DNA of 64,000 nt from Macrostomum hystrix (lineage: Eukaryota > Animalia > Platyhelminthes), in NCBI GenBank assembly GCA_950097015.1, contig CATNEN010000033.1:5208001-5272000 (forward strand), given 5' to 3'. The notes under the pieces are model-generated. The model had not been told where the DNA came from, searched no databases, and saw only the letters and a list, made by a program, of their open reading frames with translations. The position numbers were made by a program, and so were the translations under genes. Positions within the stretch are counted from its first letter, which is position 1, and the number at the start of each line of letters is the position of its first letter. This document shows, one piece after another, positions 51,126 to 63,513 of the stretch.

Positions 51126-52704
51126 ACATCCTTATGATGGGATTATAAGTGTAAGTGTTTGACTACAGCTTAGCAGCTGAAGTAAAGTTATATGTCTACT
51201 TCAGTTGTTCTTGCCAATATATATGCATTATGTATGAATCAATGCAAAATGCTGGGGCATTCGACATATCCATGCCAGCTTAATTGTACGACGATTTGCA
51301 GCCTGCTCATAGAATAACGATCGAGAATCATCAATCTCAATCCTCCAAATTGTAATTGGACTCAGCAAATTATATTTTAGTCTCCACGTTGATCCTCAAA
51401 TGCCATAATCCTGTTAAAGACCAGGAATTAAGTTAAGAAGTCAATTTACAGGAAAATGCAAATGGGTGCAGCCCTGTTAGAAGAAAAACGGCTATAAAAT
51501 ATAATTGTACTAAGGGCGACGTAGCTAGGGAACTTTTTTATCTGTTGCGCTGCAGATTTACTTCTCCACGATCTACTAGAATCTAAAAAATAGTGGACTC
51601 GCCCGAAATAAGTCGGGAAGACCTAGACCAAGTCTAGTCATCCTGGCGGCAAACTAAAAGCTATGTAAAAATGCCCACCTATTTGAATATAAGAGCGTAT
51701 AGTTCACAAATTTGCATTTCCAAGAACTTTAGACACTAGACGGGTCACGGCGACAATGATAATTATAATTTATATATAACAAAAGGTTATAGAATGATTT
51801 TAGTTTTTTTTCAAGCAAAATTAAACTAACTAGGCCTAGATATATTTTCATATAAGCTTATAGTTAAGATTAATTGAAAGTTTATTGATCGTTTTATTCC
51901 AGTTATGTACTTATGTCATTTATGGCATGTACTGAGATATTGAGATTTTTGATGGCTTTAATTTATATTTAAACAGCCACTAATTCTGAAAATTTGACAT
52001 GTTTTAATGTGATGCCATAAAGTCCAATCATAGTTAGCTAGGCATAGCTATGTTATGAACTGCTTGATAAAAATCTGATAGGCCTATTAGGAATATGCCT
52101 TGGTCTTTTTATATGCTCCTTTTTAGTGCATACTATAATGAAACTGTCACCAAGCCTATGATTAAATGATTAAAAACCTACAATTTCTCTTCTCTCTTTC
52201 ACTTTGGTTTTGGCCATAGACATAGCCATGCACTTGTTCATTCAAAAACTCACTTGAGTAGGCCTAGCTAAGAAAGTCATTAGGCCTATCTTTCATAAAG
52301 TAATTAAAAAAACAAAACTTGAGGATTGCCATATGGTTTTATTTTTCAAGAAAAAAAGTATGTCAACTGAAAACTATTTTTTCAATTCTAGATTTAAAAT
52401 TGTTTTAATTAAGTCTTTAACTACAAATCTTAGCTAAATAGAGCTTGAGCCTATATATATTTATACATAGTTTAATACAGTGTTATAAAGAGATAGAATT
52501 AAATGTTACTGACTATGAGAAAGCTAAAAACTAATAGAATTTTTTAATTACTACTAAAAATAGAAGAAAAGTTGCACAGAAAAAAAGATAAATTTAACAC
52601 AGATATAGCAATGAATCCATTTTTTTCTGACTGAGCATGCAGTGATATGCTTAAAGGTAGAGCTAACAAAGGTCTTACAATGCATATCAGTGTACGGCAT
52701 CATC

Positions 52705-52890
52705 TAATCAGCTCAGCTATCAGCTCACTCTCTCTAGCTATCAGCTCAGCTATCAGCTCACTCTCTCTAGCTATCAGCTCAGCTATCAGCTCACTCTCTC
52801 TAGCTATCAGCTCAGCTCTCAGCTCACTCTCTCTCTAGCTATCAGCTCGGCTATCAGCTCACTCTCTCTAGCTATCAGCTCTATCAGCTG
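52705..52890. repeat. 33-bp minisatellite flanking the LTR insertion
   Basis: atcagctcagctatcagctcactctctctagct, about 5 copies. Confidence 0.85.
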
Positions 52891-52971
52891 GGCAGTGTCC
52901 TCTCTCCTCTCTCCCTCTCTCTCTCTCTCAACGTGCATTCTGGGAGCTTGTCTAACTCTAAGAGAAATACA

Positions 52972-53355
52972 TGTAACAGGGCTTGTCTCTCTACTTTTCT
53001 CTCTAATGGTAGCGTATCACTCGGCACGAGCGGTTTAACCTTTTAAGGCACTGGCTTACTATTCTCCAGTCTTTGCTGGGCGTTTTCTGTGGATCAGAGG
53101 GTCACAGCCTCAAATAACCAACTCAACACTTTTCTTCTTCAGTAATAGCTTATTTGCTTTTCGCCACACTGGCACGTTGATTTGTCTCAACTGAATTACA
53201 CTCGTTTATATACACAAAAGAAAATGTTTGTTAAAGTAAACGAATTTGACAAAATATTTAAAATATGTTACATATAAAAAATATTTTGCGCATTCAAACA
53301 AAAAGCATAGGCACGAATTTGACTTAAAAGAAATAATAAAAGCATCCCTACTACA
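52972..53355 (-). repeat. 3' LTR (384 bp)
   Basis: Identical to 59091-59474 except 53267 G vs 59386 A. Confidence 0.95.
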
Positions 53356-53370
53356 ACTTGCCTTCCCTAA
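53356..53370 (-). promoter_or_regulatory. Polypurine tract
   Basis: ttagggaaggcaagt on the minus strand, immediately before the 3' LTR. Confidence 0.75.
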
Positions 53371-53514
53371 AATAAAAATTGAATAAAGCATGAGTGATAT
53401 TTTTAGTAATAATATTATTTAAGCCGCATGAGTCAATTTTACTTTATGTAGCATCAGGTCACCGTCCTCAGTCCCGTCGCCTCTGCTTCTTTGCCGATGC
53501 TGCTGCTGCTGCCG

Positions 53515-56500
53515 TCACTGGTAGTGGGAGTACCGCTTCCTTGGCACAAAGCCATACTTGTTAGGCTTACGCGGTGCCTCCCTGCGATTCGCGACAGGTG
53601 TCGGACCTGCTGGCTCATTGATGACTGTAGGCTTTCTTGGCCGAAGGTTGTACTGCACCTCTCGCCACTGAAGTGGTGCTGCCGTTCCACTGGCTACATC
53701 CGGTCGGTCCTCAGCCTCCTCCTCACAGGCTGGTTCCTCCACAACATCATGGTCTGGTGGTTCAGCTTCAGGTTCTTCTTCGTTATCTTCTTCCGACTCT
53801 TCTAACTCTTCCTCCGTTTCCGTTTCAGAATCTTCGATAAGTTCTGCCGAACTTCCGGAATCTGTGTCAGAGTCTTCATCAGTTTCTTCAATCTCACTTC
53901 CACTTATGTCTGTCTCTTTGCAAGCTCTCCATTGAATTCTTTCCTCTTCTGAGTCAGAGCTTTCTTCTTGCTCGATTTCTTGAACTGCCTTTTTCAGAAT
54001 CTTAGGTTGCACTTCCTTTCTTTTCTGGATCTTCTGGGCAGTCTCCTGCCTTCCCTTATCTGTTGGTTCTCTCTTCTCCATGTCAGAACTTTCGGGCATG
54101 CCCGTGGCTTTGACCGAGTTCGGTACAGGAGTCAGATTATTCCGGTGTACCAGCATCATGGCACCGATTAGTTTTCCATTCTCCTCTTTCTGGACTCTGA
54201 AAACTGTGTCCGAAAGCTTAGCCAACACTCTGTAAGAGGCTCTCTTCTTTCGGTGAAATTTATTGCTCTCGTCACCATGCAACTGTGAATTGTTTATCAA
54301 TACGAGACCGCCGATTGGCACGGCCTTGGTGATCACTGTCTCAGCAGCCTGCTCCCCGACGGTCTCGCACCTTTTCTAATTTCTTCTGAACCACCTTCTG
54401 CATCTCCTCAATTCTTTTAGCATGATCAGCTACATAGCTAGGATAGTCGTAGTACAATCTGGGCCTTTTGACAACACTGTCTATTGGCAACTCCGCCTCA
54501 CGTCCGAACAATAGATAATGTGGAGTGAATCCTGTTGTCTGATTTACACTCGTTCGAACAGCCACTAAAGCTGCTGGGATCAACAGGTCCCAGTCGGAGT
54601 GGTCTTTCTCAACTAGACAGGTGATGATGGACTTTATCTGACGGTTAAATCTTTCTACAAGGCCGTTGCTTTGCGCATGATATGGCGTCGTGCAGGTATG
54701 CTTGATACCATACAATGTACAAAACGCCTGGAACTGACGGCTCACAAAAGTTTTCCCGTTGTCAGTGTGGATCCAACGGCACTGACCATACTCGCTAAAA
54801 ATTCTTTCTTGTAGGAGTTTTATGACTGTGTCCGACTTTTGATTTCTGATTGGAAATGCAAACGGGAACTTAGTAGTGCTGTCGATGACTGTCAGCACGT
54901 ACTTGTGTCCTCGTCGGCTTTCTTTAGAAATCGGCCCAATCAGATCAATGTGTAGGCGATGGAATGCCTCGCACACAGGAAATGTTTGCACCGGTGCCTT
55001 CACCTTATTGCCTGCTTTACTCTCGAGGCATGGGATGCACTCGGCCACATAATTCTCTACAGTAGTAACTAGGCCAGGTTTCCAGAATCGCTCTCGTACC
55101 TTTTGTACGGTTTTATCTCGTCCAAGATGTCCTGCTAAAGGACTGTCATGCAATTCTCGGAGGACCTCTTTTTCTATTCCACTCGGAAGTACTACTTTCC
55201 GGGTACCGTCAGTCACGATGGTTAACATTCCATCCTCAATCTTCATCTGCTCGTATGATTTGATCATCTTTTTCAGCTCGTGGCTAGCCCCTGTGGGTAA
55301 TTCTGGCCTCAGTATTCCTTGTTCCTTCCACTCAATCAGGATTTTAACGTCCTGATCCTCTCTCTGTGCAATAACCAGCTGTTCCTTCGTCAGTGGTACT
55401 GACAGGAAATCTGTTAATAATTTTCGGCATGCCGTTGTCTCTTCCAATTCCTCATCTTCGAAATAGTCTCTTGCGTCCACGAAAATTTCATTCGCATCAT
55501 CATCATCTGTATCGATGCCACTGTCTGTCTGACAGCTCTGACTCATCATGGCTCGTCCAGTGATTTGACTTTGGTTAATCTTTGCTTCAGAAGCCTCTTT
55601 AATTTCCGATGGTCTTCTAGACAAGCTGTCTGCATTGCTATGCTTAGCTCCGCTTCTATGCTGGATCTCGTACTGAAACTCACTCAACCGTTCGATCCAC
55701 CTTCCTAAAATACCCTGGGCTTCTGTTTGACGTAGTAGCCACAGGATCGCTTTGTGGTCGGTACGTGCCAAGAACTTCTTCCGATCAAATAGAATCGGAA
55801 GTGTTTCATACCATCCACCAAGGCGAGCAATTCCTTTCGTGTTATCGGATATCGTTTTTCAGATTCCGTCATTGCCCTGCTGAAATAGGCGATTGGTCTT
55901 TCTACTCCATCTGCCTGGATTTGTCCAAGACAGGCTCCTATCCTTCCTTCGGATGCATCAGTGTCTAACACCATTTTGACATTTTCATATTCTGAAAATT
56001 CGGGATAAGCCAACACATCGGTGGACATCATTTTCTGTTTTAGAAGTGCAAACGCCTCGTCATGTTTCGAGTTCCATTTCTCCTTAAAGTTCGTTATACC
56101 CTTTTTGGTTAACTGAAACAGCGGATGCGCTGCTTCGGCATAGTCCTTAACGAATCTACAATAGTAGTTGCATAGGCCCAAGAAACTTCTTAATTCCTTG
56201 ACGTCTTGCGGAGTAGGCCATGATCGGATGGCTTCGATTTTGGCCGGATCTGTTCGAATTCCATTTCGGCCTACTATGTGGCCTAGATATTTCAGTTCTT
56301 CTTGAAACAGATTACATTTTCTTGGTCTCAATTTCAGTCCAGCTTCGGATAATCTCCGGAACACTTCTCGTAGGTGACACAGATGTTCATCGAATTCCTT
56401 CGAGTAAGTAACGATATCGTCGATGTACGACATCGCGAACTTGTGTTGAATGCCGATCAACACAAGGTTCATCAACCTCTGGAAGGTTCCAGGTGCATTT

Positions 56501-58130
56501 GACAAGCCTTGAGCCATTACTTGGTACTCAAACTGGCCCCTAGTTAATGTCGAGAATGCCGTCATATGTTTGTGTTCTTCTTTAATTGGGACTTGCCAGT
56601 ATCCAGAGTTAAGGTCTAAACTGCTGAAATACTGACTTCCAGTAAGGTGAGAGAATGTCTCCTGAATATTAGGTAACGGATACGGATAGTACTCCACACG
56701 AGAATTCAGTACTCGAAAGTCACTCACGATCCTTATTGTACCATCCTTCTTTGGTACTATGACCAAGGGTGTCGAATAGGTGCTATAACATGGCCTAATC
56801 AGGTTTTTGGCCAGCATGTCATCAAGCAAATCATCCACCTGTTTTTGCAAATGAGGCGGAATTCTGCGAGTCGGTATTCTGACTGGCGTAGTATCTTTAA
56901 GAGCAATTTCATGCGTCACCAAATGTGTCAGACCCATATCTTGCTCGGTCTGAGAGAACGCTGCTCTGTTCTCTTTCAGCAATTGTATAACTTGTTCCTT
57001 TTGTTTCCGAATTCATCTCTCCGATGTTAACCTCCTTGATCCATTCATCAATGTCCTTTGAGGCTTCCTCTCTCTTTACAGCATTGACTTGTCCGGTATT
57101 TTGACTCGAATTGATTGAATTAACAAAATAATTCAAGTTCTTCGCTGTTAATGGCTTGGCATAGCCAATAAGAGCTGCTCCTTTCACTTTGACTTCTCTG
57201 TTCTGTTTATTGACTAGTTCTATGACTCCAACTCCTTCGTTCAAGGTTACTAATGCTGGTACTAGCTCCAGATCATAACCTTTGGCTGCAATATAGCCGT
57301 CATTAGTCTCAATCACCATGGGAGTACCGTAATTAGCTTCGGCATTTTCTCCCAATCGGATTGGCACTTTCAAAGCACTATTCGCTGGTATCGTGATCTG
57401 ATTCTGGCAATAGACTCGTCGAATTCGAACAGGTAGTCTTGTGAACTGAATTGGGATGCAGATCCCATCTTTCAGTACCAAGACTCCTTTACTGAAATTG
57501 ATACCATCACAGTAGTCTGTGAGAAAGTCCATTCCAAGGATGTCGTCACAGTCGTGGTCACACAGAAGAAATCTTGTCTCAATCTCAATTTCTCCGAACT
57601 TCACTTTAAGCATTGCTTCACCTCTAAGTGACACAACTGTTCCGTCAAACGTGGTGACTCTCAAATTGCATGGTTCTATCTCGTCGTCCACAAACCACTC
57701 TCTTCCATGAACTCCTACTTAAGAAGTTGTTTCCGGCTCCTGTGTCTATCAAAAACATAATATCTCGCTTTCGTATCTTTCCATTCACAATTGCTTCCTG
57801 ACCTTTCTTGACCGGCTCTGGGATTCTGATCGTCTCAATGGGTGACTCACTTTTAATTTCTTTGCTAGCGGCTTTCTGACCTGTTTCACATGGTGTAACT
57901 GGTGCTTTCGCATGTGCTTGCATTTTTGCAGTGCTGGGTGCATACGCATGGTGCTGTCTCATTTCTTGCGGCTGATTAAACTTGTTGAAATAATAATTAT
58001 TTTTCTTGTAAGCAAAACGTTGGTTATCAATTTTATACGCACTATTTACAAACTCTGAGGCCTGGAATTTGTTAAAGGATTTTCCGGAGGAACGGGGCCT
58101 CGACTTACGTCCCTCGTATTTTAGTTTCCC
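53515..58130 (-). CDS. pol: Pol polyprotein (protease, RT, RNase H, integrase, acidic tail), broken by four single-base indels
   Basis: FLIDTGA; SSLDLNSGYWQV, QGLSNAPGTFQR, YIDD; LDTDAS; HDSPLAGHLG..CIPC, HIDL, TDNG, NGLVERFN. Confidence 0.93.
58057..58130 (-). promoter_or_regulatory. Predicted -1 ribosomal frameshift signal (G GGA AAC plus pseudoknot)
   Basis: The heptamer directly precedes the gag TAA; the -1 frame stays open into the protease; 8-bp stem 8 nt downstream. Confidence 0.75.
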
Positions 58131-59030
58131 TGGTTCTGGAAGTTCTGCTGACCGTTGCCCATCCTCATAGGACAGAATCTGGCAATATGGCCGAGTTTTC
58201 CGCAGTTGAAGCAGGTTCGGTTCTGGTTCAAGAATTGCGGCCCATTGTACTGCGTATTCTGCTGTTGCAGGAACTTAGGTACATATGGCTTCCTTGGTAC
58301 GTACTGTTTCTCAGCCATTTTGCTGGTGAGCTCCTGCAAGAGTTTCTGCTGTCTTTCAATTTCTTCCTTCTGCTTCACAATTGTTGCCCTTAGAGACTCC
58401 TCTTCCTCTTCACCATTTCTGGTAATCCTTACTCCGGCACCTTTGTGTGTCATGCTCCAGGCGGCTTCCAACCTTCTAAGCATTCTCTTTAGTTCCTGTA
58501 GATTGGCAGGCTGAGCAAAGATTAGTTTCTCCCTCATGTCAGCGGATATCTTGGCTCCCTTGATGTATTGCTCAACCAGTTCATCTTCTCGTTGCTCCAT
58601 TGTCATGTTTGGGAAGGCTCTGGCAGCCAGTTCAATCAGACTATCTGAATAGGCTTCTACCGATTCATTCTTGCCTTGCATTCTTCCTCGAAACTCTTCT
58701 CTGAATTCTGCTGGGCTTCCAGTTCGTCCGAATCTTTCTGCCATCCGCTCCTTGAATTCTTCGTAGTCAAGGTTTTTCTGGGAGGTTCATTCTCTGTACA
58801 GAGGCAAATACTGTGGACAAGTCCAAGTTGGCAAGCAATTCCTGCTTTCGATGGTCCACATCAATTCCTTCTGTCTCGCATCTTTGATCAAATGCGGTGA
58901 GCCACACCCGAATATCCTGATTAGGTGTGAACTTTTGGATCTTCACATGGCGTGTTGGAGCAATCTCCAACCGATTTCTCAGCTCTTCCGCGAGTACAGC
59001 CATCAAATCTTGTACTTGAGCTTGATCCAT
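58121..59030 (-). CDS. gag: Gag with a CCHC zinc knuckle; one extra A near 58770
   Basis: KFTPNQDIRVWLTAFD..., ESVEAYSDSL, CFNCGKLGHIARFC. Confidence 0.88.
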
Positions 59031-59072
59031 TGTTACTCCTCAATGGGGTTATTTCGCTGTTTCTCTGATCCT

Positions 59073-59086
59073 TTCCGCTGCCACCA
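59073..59086 (-). promoter_or_regulatory. Primer-binding site, tRNA-Leu type
   Basis: tggtggcagcggaa, 4 nt inside the 5' LTR boundary. Confidence 0.75.
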
Positions 59087-59090
59087 AAGT

Positions 59091-59474
59091 TGTAACAGGG
59101 CTTGTCTCTCTACTTTTCTCTCTAATGGTAGCGTATCACTCGGCACGAGCGGTTTAACCTTTTAAGGCACTGGCTTACTATTCTCCAGTCTTTGCTGGGC
59201 GTTTTCTGTGGATCAGAGGGTCACAGCCTCAAATAACCAACTCAACACTTTTCTTCTTCAGTAATAGCTTATTTGCTTTTCGCCACACTGGCACGTTGAT
59301 TTGTCTCAACTGAATTACACTCGTTTATATACACAAAAGAAAATGTTTGTTAAAGTAAACGAATTTGACAAAATATTTAAAATATATTACATATAAAAAA
59401 TATTTTGCGCATTCAAACAAAAAGCATAGGCACGAATTTGACTTAAAAGAAATAATAAAAGCATCCCTACTACA
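59091..59474 (-). repeat. 5' LTR (384 bp)
   Basis: Pairs with 52972-53355. Confidence 0.95.
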
Positions 59475-60857
59475 TACACATAATGAGCTTTTTCATTGCA
59501 TGAAGCTCTCACTAGACCAGAGTAGGCCCATCCAATGCATGTATACACTGCACATGTCATCTCAGACTGTCATGTCTTGTCAGACTGTATTCATGTATTT
59601 CTTTTCTCCTTTTTTCTCGGATAGAATTGAAATGACAAAATATTAATTTTGGCCTTATTGTACTGACAGCCCATAGTGTAACATTTTTTTCATTCAGACT
59701 CGGTTTCATCTGGATCTAGACCTACGAGTATTAAGGAAGCAAATTCTTTGAAGGCACTTGGCCCTCCTCCTTCTGCATGTAAAGTTGCATTAGGCGTATT
59801 CAGCCAATACCTCTATTTATATAGTAGTAGGTTTATTATTGTAAATATTGGCATTTAGCAGTAGGCGTGTGGGCCTAAGCTTATTGGCAGCCATCAGCAA
59901 ATGGCTCGACAGTTCGGTAATAAATGAGAATGAGCAGCCTAGCATGAATGCCCTGGGTTTCTTGACACTTTTTGGTTAGGCAGTCGGCAGGTGGCAGGCG
60001 GTAGGTGCCGGTAGTCTCTCTGAAAAAGAGAGAATAGGTCACAGAAGTTAGTGGTGGCTCTTTATGCTACTGTAAGTAAAATGTAAAGTAAAATGAACAT
60101 TTTTTCCGGAGAATTTGCGAATCCGAATTGATACGGAAGTTGTATATTATACGTAAATTTATAACAATTTTTTCTTGTTTTATTGTCAATTTATTGGACT
60201 GACTAGCTATGATATAGCGTTTTTGTCATTTAGAATTGCTTTTTAAGCAATAAATGCGCAATAGATAGACTTATAAAACAGTTTTTTTCCCCGTTCGGTT
60301 GATGATTCTCTGTTCGGTTTGATGATACAATGAATTTGAAAACCGAACCGAACAGCAAAAATTATATCATCAACCGAACGGAAGTGTTTGCAAAGCAAGT
60401 GTCAAACTTTTGATGTATTTGTCTATAACAAACAAAAGACAAATTTATAATGAATTCAACGAGATGCTGGGTTTGCAAATTGACGAAGAAATAAAATTGT
60501 TATAAGACTTTTGCCCACTCTTATGAAAAGCATTAAAACTTCAAAAAAACTTGCTTTTGCGATAAAAATTTCTACTAAAACGTCCATATCTTTCTTTCCT
60601 CTTAATGCTTCATTGCATGTAATGCCTCAGCTTGTAGATAATTTCTTCGACTTTCAAATTAGTTGTTCTGTGAAACACAATAGCTTGTTTCTGTCTTGCA
60701 CGAGACCAAGGAAGGAGACAAAATTCTTGTTCGGTTTTGAAGATACACTGTTCGGTTGATGATACATTACCCTAGTACTTGGCGATTCTGTAAATTCAGG
60801 TTGTGATAAATATCTTTTTTCAAGCATTTTCCTTTTTTATTCCACAGCAAACAATTG

Positions 60858-63513
60858 ATGTCAGCTGGATCAGACACTGAACAGCTGCCTGTGGTGATCT
60901 GCGGAGCTGGCATCATTGGCTGCTCACTGGCCTATTATCTGGCCAAGCGGGGTGTGCGCAGCATCCTATTGGAGCGAGTGGCCATCGCCAGTGCAGCCTC
61001 TGGCAAGGCCGGCGGCTTCCTGGCTCTGGACTGGTGTCGCGGCCCACTGAATGCGCTGGCCAGAGAGAGCTTCCGGCTGCACAGCGAGCTGGCAGAGGAG
61101 CTGGGCGCCGAAGTGATCGATTATCGGTGCGGCCTGTTTTGCGGAGGTGTTAAGGCTGATTATAGAGGCCTGTTTTATGGAGGTGTTAAGTATGATTATC
61201 GAGGCCTATTTTATGAAGGTGTTAGGTATGATTATAGAGGCCTGTTTTATGCAGGTGTTAAGTATGATTATAGAGGCCTGTTTTATGAAGGTGTTAGGTA
61301 TGATTATAGAGGCCTGTTTTATGCAGGTGTTAAGTATGATTATAGAGGCCTGTTTTATGGAGGTGTTAAGTATGATTATAGAGGCCTGTTTTATGGAGGT
61401 GTTAAGTATGGTTATAGAGGCCTGTTTTATGGAGGTGTTAAGTATGATTATAGAGGCCTATTTTATGAATGTGTTAGGTATGATTATAGAGGCCTGTTTT
61501 ATGGAGGTGTTAAGTATGATTATAGAGGCCTGTTTTATGGAGGTGTTAAGTATGATTATAGAGGCCTGTTTTATGGAGGTGTTAAGTATGATTATAGAGG
61601 CCTGTTTTATCGAGGTGTTAAGTATGATTATAGAGGCCTGTTTTATGGAGGTGTTAAGTATGATTATAGAGGCCTGTTTTATGGAGGTGTTAAGTATGAT
61701 TATAGAGGCGTGTTTTATGGAGGTGTTAAGTATGATTATAGAGGCCTGTTTTATGGAGGTGTTAAGTATGATTATAGAGGCCTTTTAGATTCAAAGAATC
61801 AGAGCTCGTTCGCCAAATCCCACCAGACGCCTGGACACTCTGTCGGTTGAGTTCGGCTCCAGCGATGGCCAAACGAGCCAGAGCAATCCCGACCTGCCGG
61901 ACTGGGTAACTGGGCCGGTGTCCGACTGCGGCCACCTGGGCAGTACTCAAAATACAGCTCAGGTGCACCCGGGAAAGCTGACTAAGGCGCTGGCCGCTAA
62001 GGCTGCCGAGCTCGCAGGCACCGAGGTGAATAAAATTTCCTCAGCTTTGAACTAGCGCTTACAATGAAAATTTGTGTGGTATCGAGACTAAAATCATATT
62101 ATTTATGACCAATACGTTAATACGAATGACCAATACTTTAATACGAATGACCAATACTTTAATACGAATAACCAATACTTTAATACGAATGACCGATACT
62201 TTAATACGAATGACCAATACTTTAATACGAATGACAAATACTTTAATACGAATGAACAATACTTCTGGTGCGAATGACCAATGCTCCTAATGCGAATGAT
62301 CAATCGCCACGCCCAGGTCCGCATCGCTACGGTGACGGGCCTGCAGTATTCCTCCGAGCCGGATCCGGACACTGGCCATCTGCGCGTCAGCCACGTCCTG
62401 GTCGCTGGCGGTGGCCCGCCGGTGCCCTGCTCCGCCGCGGTGCTGGCCATGGGGCCCTGGACCGACGTCGGGCTCGCCTGGCTGGGCCAGCCGCCTGGGC
62501 AGGTGCGAGGCCACCGGGCTCACTCACTGGTTGTGCAGCCGGCCGAGCCAGTGTCTCCGCACGCCCTGTTCACCCAAATGGACGCCGGCCGGGCGTCGCC
62601 AGAGTTTTACCCCCGGCCGGACGGCACCGTCTACGTGTGCGGCCTGGGCGACGATCCGCCACTGCCGGAGTCCGCCGATTTGGTTAGTTGCGTATTGGTT
62701 TTGTTTGGCGGTTGCTATGGCCTGACGGATGGTTACTATGGCCTGTGGGATGGTTGCTATGGCCTCTGGATGGTTGCTATGGCCTTTGAGATGGTTGCTA
62801 TGGCCTATGGGATGGTTGCTATGGCCTCTGGGATGGTTGCTATGGCCTCTGGGATCGTTGCTATGACATCTTGGATGGTTGCTATGGCCTCTGGGATGGT
62901 TGCTTTTAGCCTCTGGGATGGTTGCTATGACATCTGGGATGGTTGCTATCGCCTCTGGGATAGTTGCTTTTAGCCTCTGGGATTGTTGCTATGGTCTCTG
63001 GGATCGTTGCTATGGCCTGCGTGATCGTTTCTACTGCTTGTGGAATCGTCGCTTATGCTTGTGGGATCATTGCTACGGCCTTTAGGACCGTAGTAGCTAA
63101 GGCCTGTGGAATCGTTATTACAGCCTAGAGAAGGATTGTAATAGACAAAAAAGTTTTTATAGGGGCAGCTTACTGTGTTGCCAATCCTGTGCTTCCTGCC
63201 AACCCTGCGCCCCGTGACTGATTGACAGGTGACTCCGGACCAGGGCCGCAGCGACCGGCTCTGGTGCCTGGCAGCGGCCTGCTCGGACCGGCTGGCCAGG
63301 GGCCGCATATTGGCCAGCCAGGCCTGCTACTTGCCCCTGGCCGAGCGCAACCTGCCTCTGATTGGCCGGGCGCCCGGCCGGCATAACGCATTCGTGGCTG
63401 CCGGGCACAGTTGCTGGGGCATCCTGAATGGCCCGGCCACCGGACGCATGCTGGCCGACCTTATCATTGACAGCCGATGCGACTTCATCGATTCCAGGCC
63501 GTTCGCTCTCTGA
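60858..63513 (+). CDS. FAD-dependent oxidoreductase, DAO family (yeast TDA3-like) (exons 60858-61126, 61827-62025, 62317-62682, 63229-63513; 372 aa)
   Basis: VVICGAGIIGCSLAYYLA, ASGKAGGFLALDW, TAQVHPGKLT, PEFYPRPDGTVYVCG, QACYLP...PLIG...AAGHSCWGILNGPATG; all joins in frame. Confidence 0.9.
61130..61785. repeat. 36-bp intronic minisatellite (gattatagaggcctgttttatggaggtgttaagtat)
   Basis: About 18 units in oxidoreductase intron 1. Confidence 0.93.
62105..62300. repeat. 21-bp intronic minisatellite (atacgaatgaccaatacttta)
   Basis: Direct periodicity in intron 2. Confidence 0.9.
62710..63080. repeat. 21-bp intronic minisatellite (gggatggttgctatggcctct)
   Basis: Direct periodicity in intron 3. 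Confidence 0.88.

Larger units (their letters stand above)
52972..59474 (-). mobile_element. Full-length Ty3/Gypsy LTR retrotransposon
   Basis: 384-bp LTRs (TG...CA on the minus strand), TACA TSD, PBS, PPT, gag-PR-RT-RH-IN order. Confidence 0.97.

Noticed and set aside
61127-61850. DYRGLFYGGVKY repeats as part of the oxidoreductase
   Set aside because: A donor at 61127 and an acceptor at 61826 remove them and give a contiguous DAO-family protein.
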